A stretch of DNA of 64,000 bases from Auanema rhodensis. Taxonomy: Eukaryota > Animalia > Nematoda. The DNA lies in contig OZ059897.1 of assembly GCA_964057225.1 (NCBI GenBank), positions 17,050,001-17,114,000 on the forward strand, written 5' to 3'. The notes beneath the pieces are model-generated. The model was not told the origin of the DNA and searched no databases. It was given only the letters and a program-made list of their open reading frames with translations. A program made the position numbers and the translations under genes. Shown here in pieces: positions 47,670 through 60,885 of the stretch (positions are counted from its first letter, which is position 1; each line of letters opens with the position of its first letter).

Positions 47670-49443
47670 ATGGGCAACAATATAAGCGAAGAAGCGCGTA
47701 GTGAGCATAAGAGTTACTCTCGGTCAACAAATTCAGACCAGTTGGGACATAAATTCAGAGTTTATATTCATAGAAGAAATAAGATTTATCATGGTTTTCT
47801 TGCCTCTGATTTTTGAAAATGGGTTTCTGTTTTCAGCTTTTTTACGGATAACTCCTGATGATATAATACTTGAAAAATCCAAATCAGACGTTATATCGTG
47901 GCCTCTTCAACTTATACGTAGATATGGATATACTTCTGCTGGTAAGAGAATGCAATTTATTACTATTTTTTTAAATTTGTTAGGAGTTTTTTTCTTTGAA
48001 AGTGGTAGAAGATGTCTGACAGGCGAAGGTTTGCATTGTTTCCAAACCCAAAGTGCTGATGTCATATTCCAGGTACTTATAAATTATATAAACTATTTAA
48101 ATCATGTTTTTTTCTAGCTTGTTCAAAAATATATAAAAGATAATGCGAATTTAAAGAAAAATGAAATTTTAAAAAGAAACGAAAGATCTCGTAGCAGTGG
48201 ACCCTCTGTTCATTCCACAACTATGCCTTCTCCATGTCGTATTAATACTATACAAAGGTTTGGTAGTGAAGGTAAAGTGATAGTTCTGTTCAATAATTCT
48301 GAAGTTATGAAATCTATAGGATGCGGAATTTGTACCGACTTTCTTTCCGAATCTAACAGCTATAATTCTTATCCAAAAAGTTCCCAAACTGGTTATAGAC
48401 TGAGAAAAGTCTTCATGCCGCCTCCTCCTAGAGCCAGGTTTTAATGTCATAATAATTCCATGAAACCAATATAAGTTTTAGAAGTGTGGGTGACGATCAG
48501 TTTGAACCACAGTGTCTTCAGTCAGAACGTTTCCATTCTCAACAAATTTCGAAACCTACTGATTCGACTATTGTAGGCAATATTATGTATAAGTGCCTCA
48601 ATATTTCTTGATTTACTATACTACTTTTAGATCGGAGTCTCACAACCCTTCGATAAATGATACCGCATCTGCGGAAGCTTCGTTGTCTAGTCGAGCAAAT
48701 TCTGTTAGTAGTAGATTCTCTGTGAATTCTACGCTTATGTCACCTTTTCCCTATGTTAACATGGCTGTTCATGATTCAGGTTGTATTGGATTAAATAAAA
48801 TATGGTAATTGACAGTTTAGGATCTGTGAAGTCTTCAAGTAGCACTTGGAAACATGCCACACCACCTTCTACTCCGACAGCTACCGTTTTTCCTATTAAA
48901 TGGTCTTGTTTTAAAATTTAATCAAGTATTTACTGATATTTTCAGGGATGGTGGTGCTGGATCCACGAATATATTATGTTTTGCTCAGCCCACAACATCA
49001 AAAAGTGATAGTACCAGCGATTATAACGGGAACCCAGTTGGAGCTATTAGATATGTTAATATATCTGAGGTGTTATTTCTAAGAAACAAAGCTCAACAAA
49101 TAAGTTAAGGTTGGTTCACGGGTCCTGTTAGAAAAGGATTATCCAATTGGTCCTCGTTTGAATTATGCAGATGTCAGTGCTAGTGAAGAAAGAGTGCCTA
49201 GTCGGTTAGTTCCAATTTGTTTCTAGGACTTATCATTTTCGTTCAGAAGTTCATCGATTGGGAAAAAAGCTGATATAGAGACTTTACGATTAAACTATGC
49301 CCAAATTGACGCAGAAAAAACTAGAGCATTGCAGGTTAGTACTATAAGATATGATATGATTTAAAAAGTTATAATAGGCTGCTGCTCATACTGAACAGCG
49401 TTGCGGAAGTGCTGTTAAGCGTCGTAATGCTACTAGTTCATAA
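47670..49443 (+). CDS. rog-1: FRS2-like IRS-type PTB adaptor (multi-exon)
   Basis: MG myristoylation-type start (MGNNIS), PTB motifs [11 protein letters not shown] and [14 protein letters not shown], two YVN (Grb2-type) sites, and LNYADV/LNYAQID (SHP2-type) sites. Confidence 0.85.
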
Positions 49444-49634
49444 TATTTTTTTCATTGTTTTTTATATCAATTTGTTTTCTGACATCCCTGAAGCTTCCCC
49501 TTGTTATTTGTATTTTAAGACCAATGTTGCATTAATATATCAGAAGTCTCCAAGTGCCATTTTGGTTTTTGCCCATTTATCTAGTCAAACATAAATAAAA
49601 ACTTTACTCCTGAGATTTTTTATAAATAAATAAT

Positions 49635-51651
49635 TTAGTTAGCTGGTAATCTACACATGGCGCACTCGTTCAAAGGTGCTGTGTTGACATAAGTACAATG
49701 TTTACAAGACCAACTACTTCCAAGATCGGGTTCATCAAAACCTTAATTCATGTATAATCATCACTTGAATAAGTTAAGACCACATACCAGCACTGTGTTC
49801 ATTATTGATAGCAAGCAACTGTTGCCAATTAGTTGAGTCTCTCGCCCAGTCCATCGCAGATCCCCGATTCTGGGTCACAATAGCATTACAAAGAACCTGG
49901 ACAAACATTTTATATTTAAAATGAAGTATTTACCACACCTGTAGTTCGTCATCGGCAAATTTTACAATATCATTGGTCATTAAGTAAAACAGAAAATGGA
50001 AATTAGAAGCTTGTTCTAAGAATTGATTGGATGAAAACTCGGAACAATAAGACACGAAATTAGAATGCTAAAACAAATGTTTTTCAAATATAAAACTCTT
50101 TGAAACAAACTCTATCTTCATTTCTATTCTCTATATTAAACTGAACATGCTTGGAAACGTGGAAAGTAAACTGTGGTTCTTTAGGCATACCAACAGGTAC
50201 ATCAACCTAAAAAGAAAAATATTCTAAAAACTGAAAAATGAAAACCAAAAGATATTCAACAGGTAGAGGACGGCCATCTTTACGAACTTCAGCTCCATAC
50301 TCATTTTTTTCCTTAAAACTTTCTTTGTTGCATTCCTGATGTATTAGTTTTACCGTATATTGTACATCGGTAATATATTGTTTATCGTCCAAAGGCTTCT
50401 CTCGTATATACGCTAACTCAGGATGATTAGTCGGGCAAAGAACTTGAGCTTCGACAAGAGAAGCACATTGATTAGACACCTAAATACATGTAAGAAGCAA
50501 TGAACATTATGTACGAATTACCTGATATCCATGGAAATTTACCGTTTCATTTTCATCGCCACTTGCGACAACTGTTACAAATCTATTAAAATAAAGATGA
50601 TTACTTTATCTTAAAAAAAAATCTTACTTTGACCCGTAAATGCGATCCATACTAAATTCTGTGATATTAGGATGCTTCGATTGAAGATAACCAGCAGTAA
50701 TACATTCTTCCGCGGAAAGTAAAAAAGCATCTTTATTTCTGGTACAATGTACAGTTCCTTTTGATGAATCTGCTGACCATAAGTCCGTAAAAATCCAGCC
50801 AACTTTTTGAATCCCCAGCCAATTACACAATCTCTCTAGATCCTAACAAAAGTTTGATATTACAATTCCAAAAAAAGATAAATGTACTTTTTCAAACTTA
50901 TCTTCGGAAAACGACACAGAGCTTGTTTTTGAGACCTGTGGGGGTTCGTAGATTGCAGTTACAGTGGCTTTAATACCGAGTGGAACTTCAGTGAAGGGAT
51001 TGTATCTGAAGAATTTGAAAATAAATACTGAAAGATTATTACAACACCCACTTTCCTAATAAGTATCCAACTCGTTGATTACCAGATTTTCTCCAATAAT
51101 TTAAAAATTCGTTTACAAGGCTATCATTTTCAAAAGAAATATTATCAACGTGACGAAAACGCTTAAAATATTGAAATGATAAATTTCAAAAAACATTATA
51201 AAAACCTGACGATTTAAAGTTACAACTGGAGGTTTGCAGCGAGTACAAATACCTGCAGGGAACGGTTTGTGCGCATTACATTTTAAATCAATGGTACATC
51301 TTAAATACTCGATTATAAAAAAACAAAAAATGTAACGAACCTCAAATTCTCCAAAGGTTTTTTTAATTGGGAGCCTTTCCCACTTCCTTCAGTTAGTTTT
51401 CGGACATGCGAATGAAAAGAGAGATGTTTGATATCTTTCGATTTTAAATATTCTTCGTCATAGGGCTAAGAATAAAAGAATAAATTATTACACGGTTTTC
51501 TTACATCGATAGGCAGACAATGAGTACATTTTTGCCTTGCATTATGTCTGCACATGTTTGGATCTCGTCCTCGCTGAATTTTCCCGTCTTGTGTTGCAAG
51601 AAAAATATCGACTTCATCCAGTTTATCTGCATTAATTGCTTCCACTACCAT
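49635..51651 (-). CDS. npl-4: NPL4 (CDC-48/p97 cofactor) with C-terminal RanBP2-type zinc finger (multi-exon)
   Basis: [65 protein letters not shown] and [18 protein letters not shown]. Confidence 0.96.
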
Positions 51652-52018
51652 AGTCTGATTATAAATTTGTTAGTTTTTATAGTATTTGATATTGTAAATA
51701 TAAATTAAAGGAAAAATGTAAAAAGTATTCATTACATTGACAAGTTAATATAGTTAAGTTAATATAACTGAAAATTGTCATCCAATTCATTCTTTTAAAT
51801 AAACTTGCGTATAGTATTTTTATTTGCACGAAAACATCGGGTTATAGTAAATATTTAAACAGAATTAATAACTCCTATACTCACAATTCATATTTTTTTC
51901 TTTGAAACACCAAAGGGAAAATATTAATAAATTCTGTTTTTAAAAAATTTGGTAAACTTTCTAACTATATGAGAATTTCTTGTACGCAGAGAGTGGTGAT
52001 GGTATTCATTCATAGAAA

Positions 52019-53000
52019 ATGCAGATGTACAGGTCTTTCATGATAAACTTAATTCGTTCTTTAATTCACCTCAAACGCGGTTTAGAAGTTCCATATTTGA
52101 ACTCTGCAGTTCACAGAAATGTTGTGCCGGATGATAAAGTGTCGTGGGAAAATGATTGGCCGAATTATAGTCCTCCCGATTATACAGACTCCAGTATCAA
52201 GGGAAAACCTTGGGCAGATTTGGAAATATTTGAGAATAATTTCAAATGGAATCAGCAAGATGGTAAAATTGAAAGAACATCTTATACAAGGTAAATATAT
52301 GCAACATAAAGCTTCATTTCCTTAATTTTTAGAAAATATAATTTCGATGATGAAGGTAGGCCTTTAAATCCTCTAGGTCGAACTGGAATTCGAGGAAGGG
52401 GTCTTTTGGGCCGATGGGGTCCCAATCATGCTGCTGATCCTATTGTTACTCGTTATTTCAACGGCGTTCTTCAGTTCGTTGCTATAAAGAGGCATGACAC
52501 AGGTGCTGAAAATGTTTAGGCAACAATAATTCCAAAAAATCTTAGGAGAATGGGCTATACCCGGAGGTATGGTAGATGCTGGTGAAAAAATCAGTGAAAC
52601 TCTAAAGAGAGAATTTCATGAAGAGGCGTTGGAGGGAATTGATCCAACAGTGCTTAAGACGTTTTGGGATAATGGAGAAGAAATTTATAGGTATATGTCG
52701 TATAGCATTCTAAAATGAGCTTGAACCACAGAGGATATGTGGATGATCCTCGAAATACAGATAATGCTTGGATGGAAACGTTGGTAATGAATTTTCACGA
52801 TGCTGACAACGTTCTACAACATATAGAATTAAAGGCAAATTGCGTTTGATTTCTTAGTTATACCTAGAATTCAGGCAGGTGATGATGCCTCCAGCGTGAA
52901 ATGGATGAGCTTAACTGATGATACGCATTTATATGCATCACATAAATATTTTATAAGTTTACTTAAAGAAAAGCGAACTAAATTAGAAAATCAGTGTTAA
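52019..53000 (+). CDS. ndx-6: NUDT9-like ADP-ribose pyrophosphatase (multi-exon)
   Basis: [73 protein letters not shown] and LYASH. Confidence 0.93.
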
Positions 53001-53454
53001 GAATACTTCACAAATAGTTTGTCATGTTGTGTAATTTCGATTTCCTTGCAAATAAAAAAGGGTTTGTACTGTTGAAGGTTTATTACATCAAGGCAAATCG
53101 AGAAAAGAGTTGACTATTGAGAATATACATGTATAAGTTTTTCAAATTGAACATAAAGCGTACACTTTGTACAATTATTATTATCTGTTTCTTGAAATTG
53201 TTAAAATGAGGAATATGAAAGTGGATGATCCACGTATACGAACAAAAGTTAAACGGTAATGAAGACATATGAGAAAAAATGAGATCGAAAAATCAGAACT
53301 TGATTGTAATAAGACAAGAGAGCAAGATCAAATCGCATGAAAATAACATACAAAAGTATACAGACTGGTAGAAACCATTCTGCTTAATAGTGTCAACAAC
53401 TTTTATGTATAACATCAAAACAAGGCAGTAAATAAAAATAACTAAATTTAAAAC

Positions 53455-54208
53455 TCAACGAGCTCCTCCCTTTTTTCGTTTACAATATTTTTTGTGTTGG
53501 GGCCAATGCTGTTGCTGGCATTCGACACCACAATAAGCAGTATTCCAACAGCATGGATATATTGCCTCAAAAAGAAGTATATAAAAAAGAAATAGAAAAA
53601 GTAATCACCTCCTTCTCACATTGATAACACCATTGTTGGCGTTTTACATTCATCATTTCTTTACGATGGCGCTCATCTAATTGAGCCAATTCGTATTTCA
53701 ATGAATCTCTATATTTTTTATCTAACTCTTCTCTGAAAACAATTAATGAACACGGAAATAATTGCTAACTGTACTTTGTGCTCTCTAACTCTTCTTTAAA
53801 TTGTTGTACTAATTCTCCTCGCGTCTTTTCTTCTTCAGCTAGAAACTCTTCGTGTAACTAAATATCATATGTATGCGAGGTATGTACTAACTAAATTTAC
53901 CTTTTCTGTAACTTCAATTAATAATTTCTGACGTGATCTATGATATTCACCAAGCATATGCCGTTGAATTTCCAAAACGGCTCGCTTGACATCTTCGGTA
54001 CTCCCCATCAAGCTAGGGTGTGCCCAGTTTTCAACCTTAAATTACAATATTTCTATGATAGAATCTTCAAGATTTTTTATACCTGTTGTCCATGATCATT
54101 CGCCAATTCTTGCTGATCTTGAACCATGTGTCGAGCATTTACAACAGGACCACCGATAATTTGGTGGTGATCATCAAGAATTTCATGCTTTGGTCCGCGG
54201 CCATCCAT
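53455..54208 (-). CDS. BRA-1/BRA-2-like coiled-coil + MYND zinc finger protein (BS69/BRAM1 C-terminal type)
   Basis: Coiled coil followed by [43 protein letters not shown]. Cannot distinguish bra-1 from bra-2. Confidence 0.9.
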
Positions 54209-54494
54209 TACTTAAATCATATAAACCAAAACTTAGACTCTGTATAAGTTTTAAAACCAAGGATATTTTCACAACGCTCTAGCTGAAATTAAATTAAAAC
54301 ATTGCTCAAGCGCTCACGCTAGTAACGCGAGCGATTTCTGTTTAGGACCAATTTATGCCCTCAGCACTCTAAATACGCGTCATGGTATTATAATTTTAAT
54401 GGCTATTATTTTTTTCTAATTATATCTTTTTTTTTATTATTATGATGCTTTTATACTTAAATTAAACATAAATTTAATATTAATTCAGACAATT

Positions 54495-55580
54495 ATGTCA
54501 AGAAGACCACCTCCATCCATTGAAGGTCTCCATTCATTAAAGGTTCTTTAGTTATTTATTTCTCTGTAAATCAGTACTTTGTTAGGTAGATAACATATCT
54601 TATAATACTACGCAGGCAGATTTGCGTCGCATCTTTGACAAATATGGAGAAATAGGAGATATTCATATACCGCGTGAAAAATATTCTCGACAAAGTAAAG
54701 GTTTTGGTTTTGTCCGCTTTTATAGGTATTATATTTTTAATACTACTAGTGTTTATTGAATTTTAGCCGAAGGGACGCCGAGTATGCACAGGAACGTACA
54801 GATGGCAAATGGGTTGATGGTCGTGAGCTTCGTGTTGCTCTTGCACGATATGAAAGGCCCATAGATGAGAGAGGCCGTTATAGGTATGATGTTGTTTTAT
54901 TAAAATAACCAGAATTTTATCATAATTGGACCCATAGGTCGGCTGCAGATCGTGTAGCTGTAGCTGTGCAGCTGTTTTCTACCAATGTGATACCAGTACA
55001 TTGAATTCTGCGACAGTTCTGTAGCCGTACTGCTTTCTTCCAGTTTATCTGAATGCAGCTCGTTAGCGCCAAAGTCCTATTTTGTAAAGAGTTTGCAGTT
55101 TGCGATAGTGTTCGTTTTCAACAATCTACCTTTCGCCTGGCCCAAATTTGAAAGATACTTTAATAAAATTTATTCATTTAATGGGATCGCTCCTTTGCAG
55201 AAAGGTGTCATTTCTTAATATTTTATTTTAGTTTTTTAGATCACGCTCTCCCAGAAGAAGAAGTCGATCTCGTTCTCCTCGATATTCAAGATCGCCTAGA
55301 AGAAGTCGCAGTCGGAGCCGTAGCAGATCTGTAAGAACATTCTTGTTCAATAGCTAATATTCTTTTTGTATAGGGAGGAAGGGGGCGATCTCGCAGTCCA
55401 AGACGACGCACAAGAAGTCCATCTTCTAAGAGATCCCCAATACCACGTCGAAGCAGGAGTAAAAGCAAAAGTAAAAGCCAAAGTCGAAGCCGAAGTCCTA
55501 CACGCAGTCCTAGCCATGAACGCAGCAGCTCTCCATCCAAATCTAGATCTGGGTCCCCACCATCGGCTCGAGATGATTAA
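54495..55580 (+). CDS. rsp-4: SR protein SRSF2/SC35 (RRM + RS domain; multi-exon)
   Basis: RPPPSIEGLHSLKVDNISY, IGDIHIPRE, SKGFGFVRF, DGRELRVALARYERP, followed by RS repeats. Confidence 0.88.
54938..55204 (+). other. Candidate poison (PTC) alternative exon in rsp-4
   Basis: GC-richer block inside an unusually long intron (54883-55239). Acceptor CATAG ends at 54937, an in-frame TGA sits at 55002-55004, and a possible donor GT is at 55205. Confidence 0.6.
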
Positions 55581-55956
55581 CCTCAATTCTATTACCATTT
55601 CTTGTTAAACTATGTTGATTTTTTGATAAATGTGAAAAGTGGTATACTTCTTTAGTGTTTATGGTTGGCCCTTTCGTTGAATAATGCTATAAGGTCACAC
55701 TGGTCATTGTGCTAAGAATAATTATGCCAAATAACAATAGGCGTGTATAACCCTTCAGTGGCACAGTGTTGGTAAGATACCAGTCTAAGATCTTTACATC
55801 ACATCTTCTTGTGCTGACAGTTCCTACTTTGTTTATTCTGATATGTTAGTTGAAAAATTCCTTTTAGAATAAAACTGGGCGTGACATTCTAGAAGTAGGC
55901 GGATCCGTTCTGCACTTTTTCCTCATTCTGTCTGAAAATTATATCGACCCATCACT

Positions 55957-58900
55957 ATGCTCTATTTAGATTCCATTTTGTTTCTTTCTGTAAGTTTTCC
56001 TAGAAATTTCTCATGGCAATAAATTAAGAACGAAGTTCAATTTTTTAAACTTAATTTTTGTTCTACTTAAAATGAAACAAGAACTTGGCTGAAGAAATTA
56101 TGTTTTTCCATATTCGGACAAAAATTGTTTTATAGATAGTTCATGTTTGTTTTCAAAATGTTCGCGCAATCTCACGTTTCGATAACTCAGTTGTGGGTCA
56201 GTTTCATGTTTACATATCGCGGTTTATATATATTTTTTCTAGGATCTCCACTAGTTTCATGTGAAGAAAGTGAAATTCGGATCGAGCTCGAGACTATGAA
56301 GCCGTTTAACGGAAAAGTGTTTGTAAAAGGAGAATACTATAACGATCACTGTAGTAAAACATATTACAATGGGGCTGCTTCTAGAAGTTCCAATAGTGAG
56401 TATTTATCGTTCAATTTTCATGTGATGTTATTTTAAAAAATCATTTTTAACATTTTGTTTAAAATGACCGGTTGTATGCAATTAGAAATACATGATAATG
56501 CTATAAGTCTTTGTAGATGGTAATTCTAATCACGAGGATATTGACCATTTCCTAACTACGACTTCTTCTCTAATTAATGGAGGTGAGGTTTTCGTTTATG
56601 ATTTACAATAACATCCTGAATTTCTAAGATGATGACCAACAAATTATAAACAAACTGAATAAAAATGTTATAACCTTTGACGATTCACCCAACCAGATGG
56701 GTGCTCCCGGTATATTCCCACCTTGCGGATAATTGGCGTATGATAATTTTTAGAAAATAGTTCCTGGACAGGAGCCGGAGGCTCAACTGATCATAGAAAA
56801 ATAAATAGAATGCCCTTTACATCAGCTTTTGGAGGGAGCAAATCTGAACATGGTACACAGTTTTGTTTATTTTTTATATCACCTTTTGTATTTAGCTAAT
56901 AATTATGCCGAAATGGATAGCACACATATAAAGATTTTTCCTAAGTCTTTGAATCAGAAAGCTGACGACGGAGATTTGAAAAAACTCCCCCCCCTTGCGA
57001 AGAATAATCAGGTAAGAACTGGTTTTTAATCTCATAATGAACTCCGTCGTGTCAGGTTTGTCCTCCATGTTCTTGTGAACCTGTGGATCGAAGAAGAAGA
57101 AATACAAACCATATTACTTTTGTTGTGCCGCTGGGCCAATGTAGTGCGAAACGTGAAAGAATTGTAAGATATATTCTCCCTCTTTACTCAATTTCTTCCT
57201 ATTTACTTTTTAATGCAAAATCTCACTAGATACAAATCTTTAACCGAATGCTTGAATAACCTTGCCAATTATATGAAAAGTATGAGGGTTTGGAACTAGT
57301 ATTCTTATTCAATTCTTCATTTATGAACGCTATTCAAGTGGCTACTATCCTAGCTGTTGAAATGACCGTCATCCATTCTGATCGAAGGACACTACCTTGG
57401 CAAAACTATTAAGGCGAAATATTAATTAGAAAGATCAGCAAATATACATATTTTTATGTATTATGGACATGAATAGGAAGACAAAATATTCTTTTCCTTT
57501 TTTCAAGTATTTTCACAATTCATTCAATTGATTTCGGAAATGAAAAAGTTCAAGATCATGAACTTACTGTTTACATATTTCTATTTCTTTTTTGTATAAA
57601 TCTCTATAACAGAAAAATTAGGATAGTCTGTAATAATATAATTACTCTAAAGCAGAAGAGTTGTGAAGATTTTATTTCTCTTGCGTAGAACAGTTAAAAA
57701 ATTTCCTTTTTTGATTGATTTCTAAGATTGATTTCTTTTTTATTTATTAAATTAATTTCAGCTTAATCCTTCGTCTCTTATCACATCATTTGTTATTATT
57801 GTTAGTTTCCATGAAAGTTTCATAACTAAATTGGATAGAGCCTATCATATACAATGTGCATACACAGAATCTTCAAGGCCCGTGGCGGCTGAGCTAAATG
57901 TTAGGTTTGTATTATATTCTTTTCATGATTGTCAATGACCTTTTCATATTTACAGCATGTCAGCTCCGTTCTCTCTGAATTCCTCAATAACGCCACCCAA
58001 ATGTGAATACGATATAAGGGGGTCCAATGGTAAAGCCATACAGGATGTTCGAGTCGGGGATTTAGTTCATCATGAATGGAAATGTCATACAGAAATGCCG
58101 GGTAAGAACTAAAATTATAATGAGAATATTTTTTACTTTTATTATTTTGCATTTTAATGAGTTTTTTTCAAGGACTTTTCAAAATGCTTATTCATGACTG
58201 TTATGTAGAAAGCGGATCCCATGAAAAATACAAAATTATAGATGAAGAAGGGTGATTGAATAATCATTTCACATTTTGTTAACTGTTATTTTCAATTTGC
58301 AGATGTACAATGGATAAATATACTTTGGCTACCCCCACGTACTCTAATTCACTAACAGCAACCGTTGAATCATTCATGTTTAAATTTCCTGATAAGTATG
58401 TTATAGAATTTCATAAGGTCAAAACAGAAATGTTACAAAATATGACATCATATTTTTAATTGAAAAGAAACTTGAAATAGTTTAAAATGTTGAAAACGTT
58501 ATTCCAGGAGCGCTGTAGATTTTCAATGTGCAATCAAGCTATGCTCAATTCATGACAGTGATTGTGTTATAAAAACGGTATTTTTGAACAAACTCGAACT
58601 ATAATATTTTTTGTTTATTATAAATAGAAGTATATAAATGCCATTCCAACCATTTTTCAGCCACCACAATGTGATGAGCCTAGTCGAAAACGCAGACATG
58701 TGAACCTGAGAGGCAAAAACAGTGACTATGTCATATTGAACTCTAACAGTTTAACAGTATTAGATAAAGATGATGCTAATAAAGACTATCTAGGTAAACC
58801 ATTTTCAATTATTTTCGAAATATCATCCTACTTTTAAGAGCATACAATGAATACCCCAGAAGCTTGGCATCTGAATATGAATGTTTGTTTTTCTGTAACT

Positions 58901-58996
58901 CAGTTTGGATTCTTAATTTCATCGGTTACGTTCTTATCTACTTTATCGTTGGCAATTTTCTTTGCTCATACCTACTTCAAAATCTTTAGATTTTGA
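55957..58996 (+). CDS. Cuticlin-like ZP-domain protein (multi-exon)
   Basis: Signal peptide, FDNSVVGSPLVSC, PFNGKVFVKG, IIVSFHESFITKLDRAYHIQCAY, PKCEYDI, VRVGDLVHHEWKC, IIDEEGC, FMFKFPD, VDFQCAIKLC, furin site RKRR and a C-terminal TM. Confidence 0.92.
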
Positions 58997-59492
58997 CGAT
59001 TTCAAATAATATATTTGAGTTATACGAGTTAAGGATCATTGTGGCCTTTCAGTTTTATTTTGTCATGTTGTTGTACATATTTTCTGCATTCATCAATAAT
59101 AATTTATTTGTTTTAATATTTCTAGATTTATACAATTATAATATTAATAATAACCTAAAAACATTTACCGCATGGATATACCTGTATACATGTTACATGA
59201 GCATATGTATCTGGTTATCTTATCTAAATGGTCCAAATCAAAATACGATAAAGAAAATACAATCTCTCGTTCAACTTATTTTTTTCGTATTATTATTATA
59301 TAACTTCTTACTATAATATTTTTTATTTTTTGTATTTTCGATTAGTTATGCAAATTTAAATCAGTTGTGAACACGTCTTTTATACTGACTTTGTTTCATA
59401 ATGATAAGAAAGCTCTATGATAAGCTTTACTGTGTTATTGATTTTCCGTCTAATCAAATTTTTAACTTTTTAAATCAAAATACTTTAAAGTG

Positions 59493-60329
59493 ATGCCTTC
59501 TGGACTCAGTTCGTTTAGTAATTCTGGTCTCACGTCATTCACAAGCAATTTTGATTCGTCTGAAAATATATTCCTGAAATTACCACATACATTCAAGCCA
59601 CTCCAAACTGTAAGCATTTCAAATTTGAATATTTAATGCTAGAATAATTTGTCTTGTTCAGTTAAATGCTATCATTCTCGCAATATGCGTTGGTTCAACA
59701 GCTGGATCTGAAAATGGAATATTGTGGATGGTTATCATTACCTCATTATTGGTAAGTTGTTACTTTTAAAATATATGAAATGTTAAAACTATGAATTGAA
59801 TATAATAGGTAAAATGAATAAAAACTATTTATATTTCAGATATCTGGTGCAGCAACTATTATTTTCGCTATTAACCAACAAGACAATCTTATGGATAGCT
59901 TAACCAATGGAAGTATAGCTTGGAATATTTTGGTAAGTCAACCATTTAGACTGTAGAAAAAAATTCCCGATAATAGGAACTGGCTTATTCGTTTATACTG
60001 GGAATGCTTAGTGTGGTGTGCATTTGGCTTTCTTTTCAATTTGCGAATCGTCATTTAGGAGGAACATCAGCAGGTTACATTGCTTCGGGGGTGAGAATCG
60101 TATTCCAACTCAATAATTTGTTATAACCGTTTCCGTATCTTCAATAAGCAGCAATGTAAATATTATATTTCAGTTATTTTCAATGATACACGCTGTATTG
60201 TATGGAATACCATGTTATCTGATTTATGGAGAGATTCAAAACAATAATAACAACAATAACAGAAATGAGAGAGATGTTACTGTTCAATCTGTTCACCCTT
60301 TCAGAGATGTTCCATATCAGGATGCATAA
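59493..60329 (+). CDS. MARVEL-like four-TM membrane protein (5 exons)
   Basis: FLKLPHTFKPLQ, then four hydrophobic helices, WNILELAYS and AGYIASG, ending PYQDA*. Junctions are GT-AG and in frame. Confidence 0.75.
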
Positions 60330-60699
60330 ATTCGAAGTAATAGTTTGATGCATCTTACTCGTATGAACTCAGCAAATCTCACTATATTTCTAATTATTAT
60401 GATTACAGCTTGATTGTTCGTAATATATTTTATTTGAAATGAAGTTTTGAATGAACTTTTGAAAGTGCAATGCTTTTCAGCAATCTTCGCTTTCGTTGTA
60501 CCTCGAACAGTAAAAGTTCACTATTGAATCAGAATGTACTAAGCGTCTAAATTTATTTTAAGTATTATTCAATAATTAATTTTAAATTCAATAAAATCGT
60601 AACAATTTGAATGGTAGATAACTGAAATCAGCAATGTTTCAATTTGACTGTGTAACAATATATGAGGTGAATAGAATAAAACTGACAAAATGAGATATG

Positions 60700-60885
60700 A
60701 AAGGAAAAGAGAGAAGGGGAGGGGTAGTAGAGAAATAAATTGAGAAAGAAGAAGAAGGAAAGAAGACGAAGAAGATGAAGAAGAAGAAGGAGAAGGAGAA
60801 GGAGAAGAAGGAGAAGAAGGAGAAGAAGGAGAAGAAGGAGAAGAAGGAGTAGGAGAAGAAGAATATGCAGCAGAAGAAGAAAACG
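60700..60885. repeat. (GAA/GGA)n purine-rich trinucleotide repeat
   Basis: Directly visible GGAGAAGAA units. Confidence 0.85.

Noticed and set aside
51466-51651. NPL4 lacking the N-terminal ubiquitin-like domain
   Set aside because: As I recall, C. elegans NPL-4 starts at the same point, so this is not novel.
60231-60250. Possible frameshift in the MARVEL-like last exon
   Set aside because: On recount the frame is intact through to PYQDA*.
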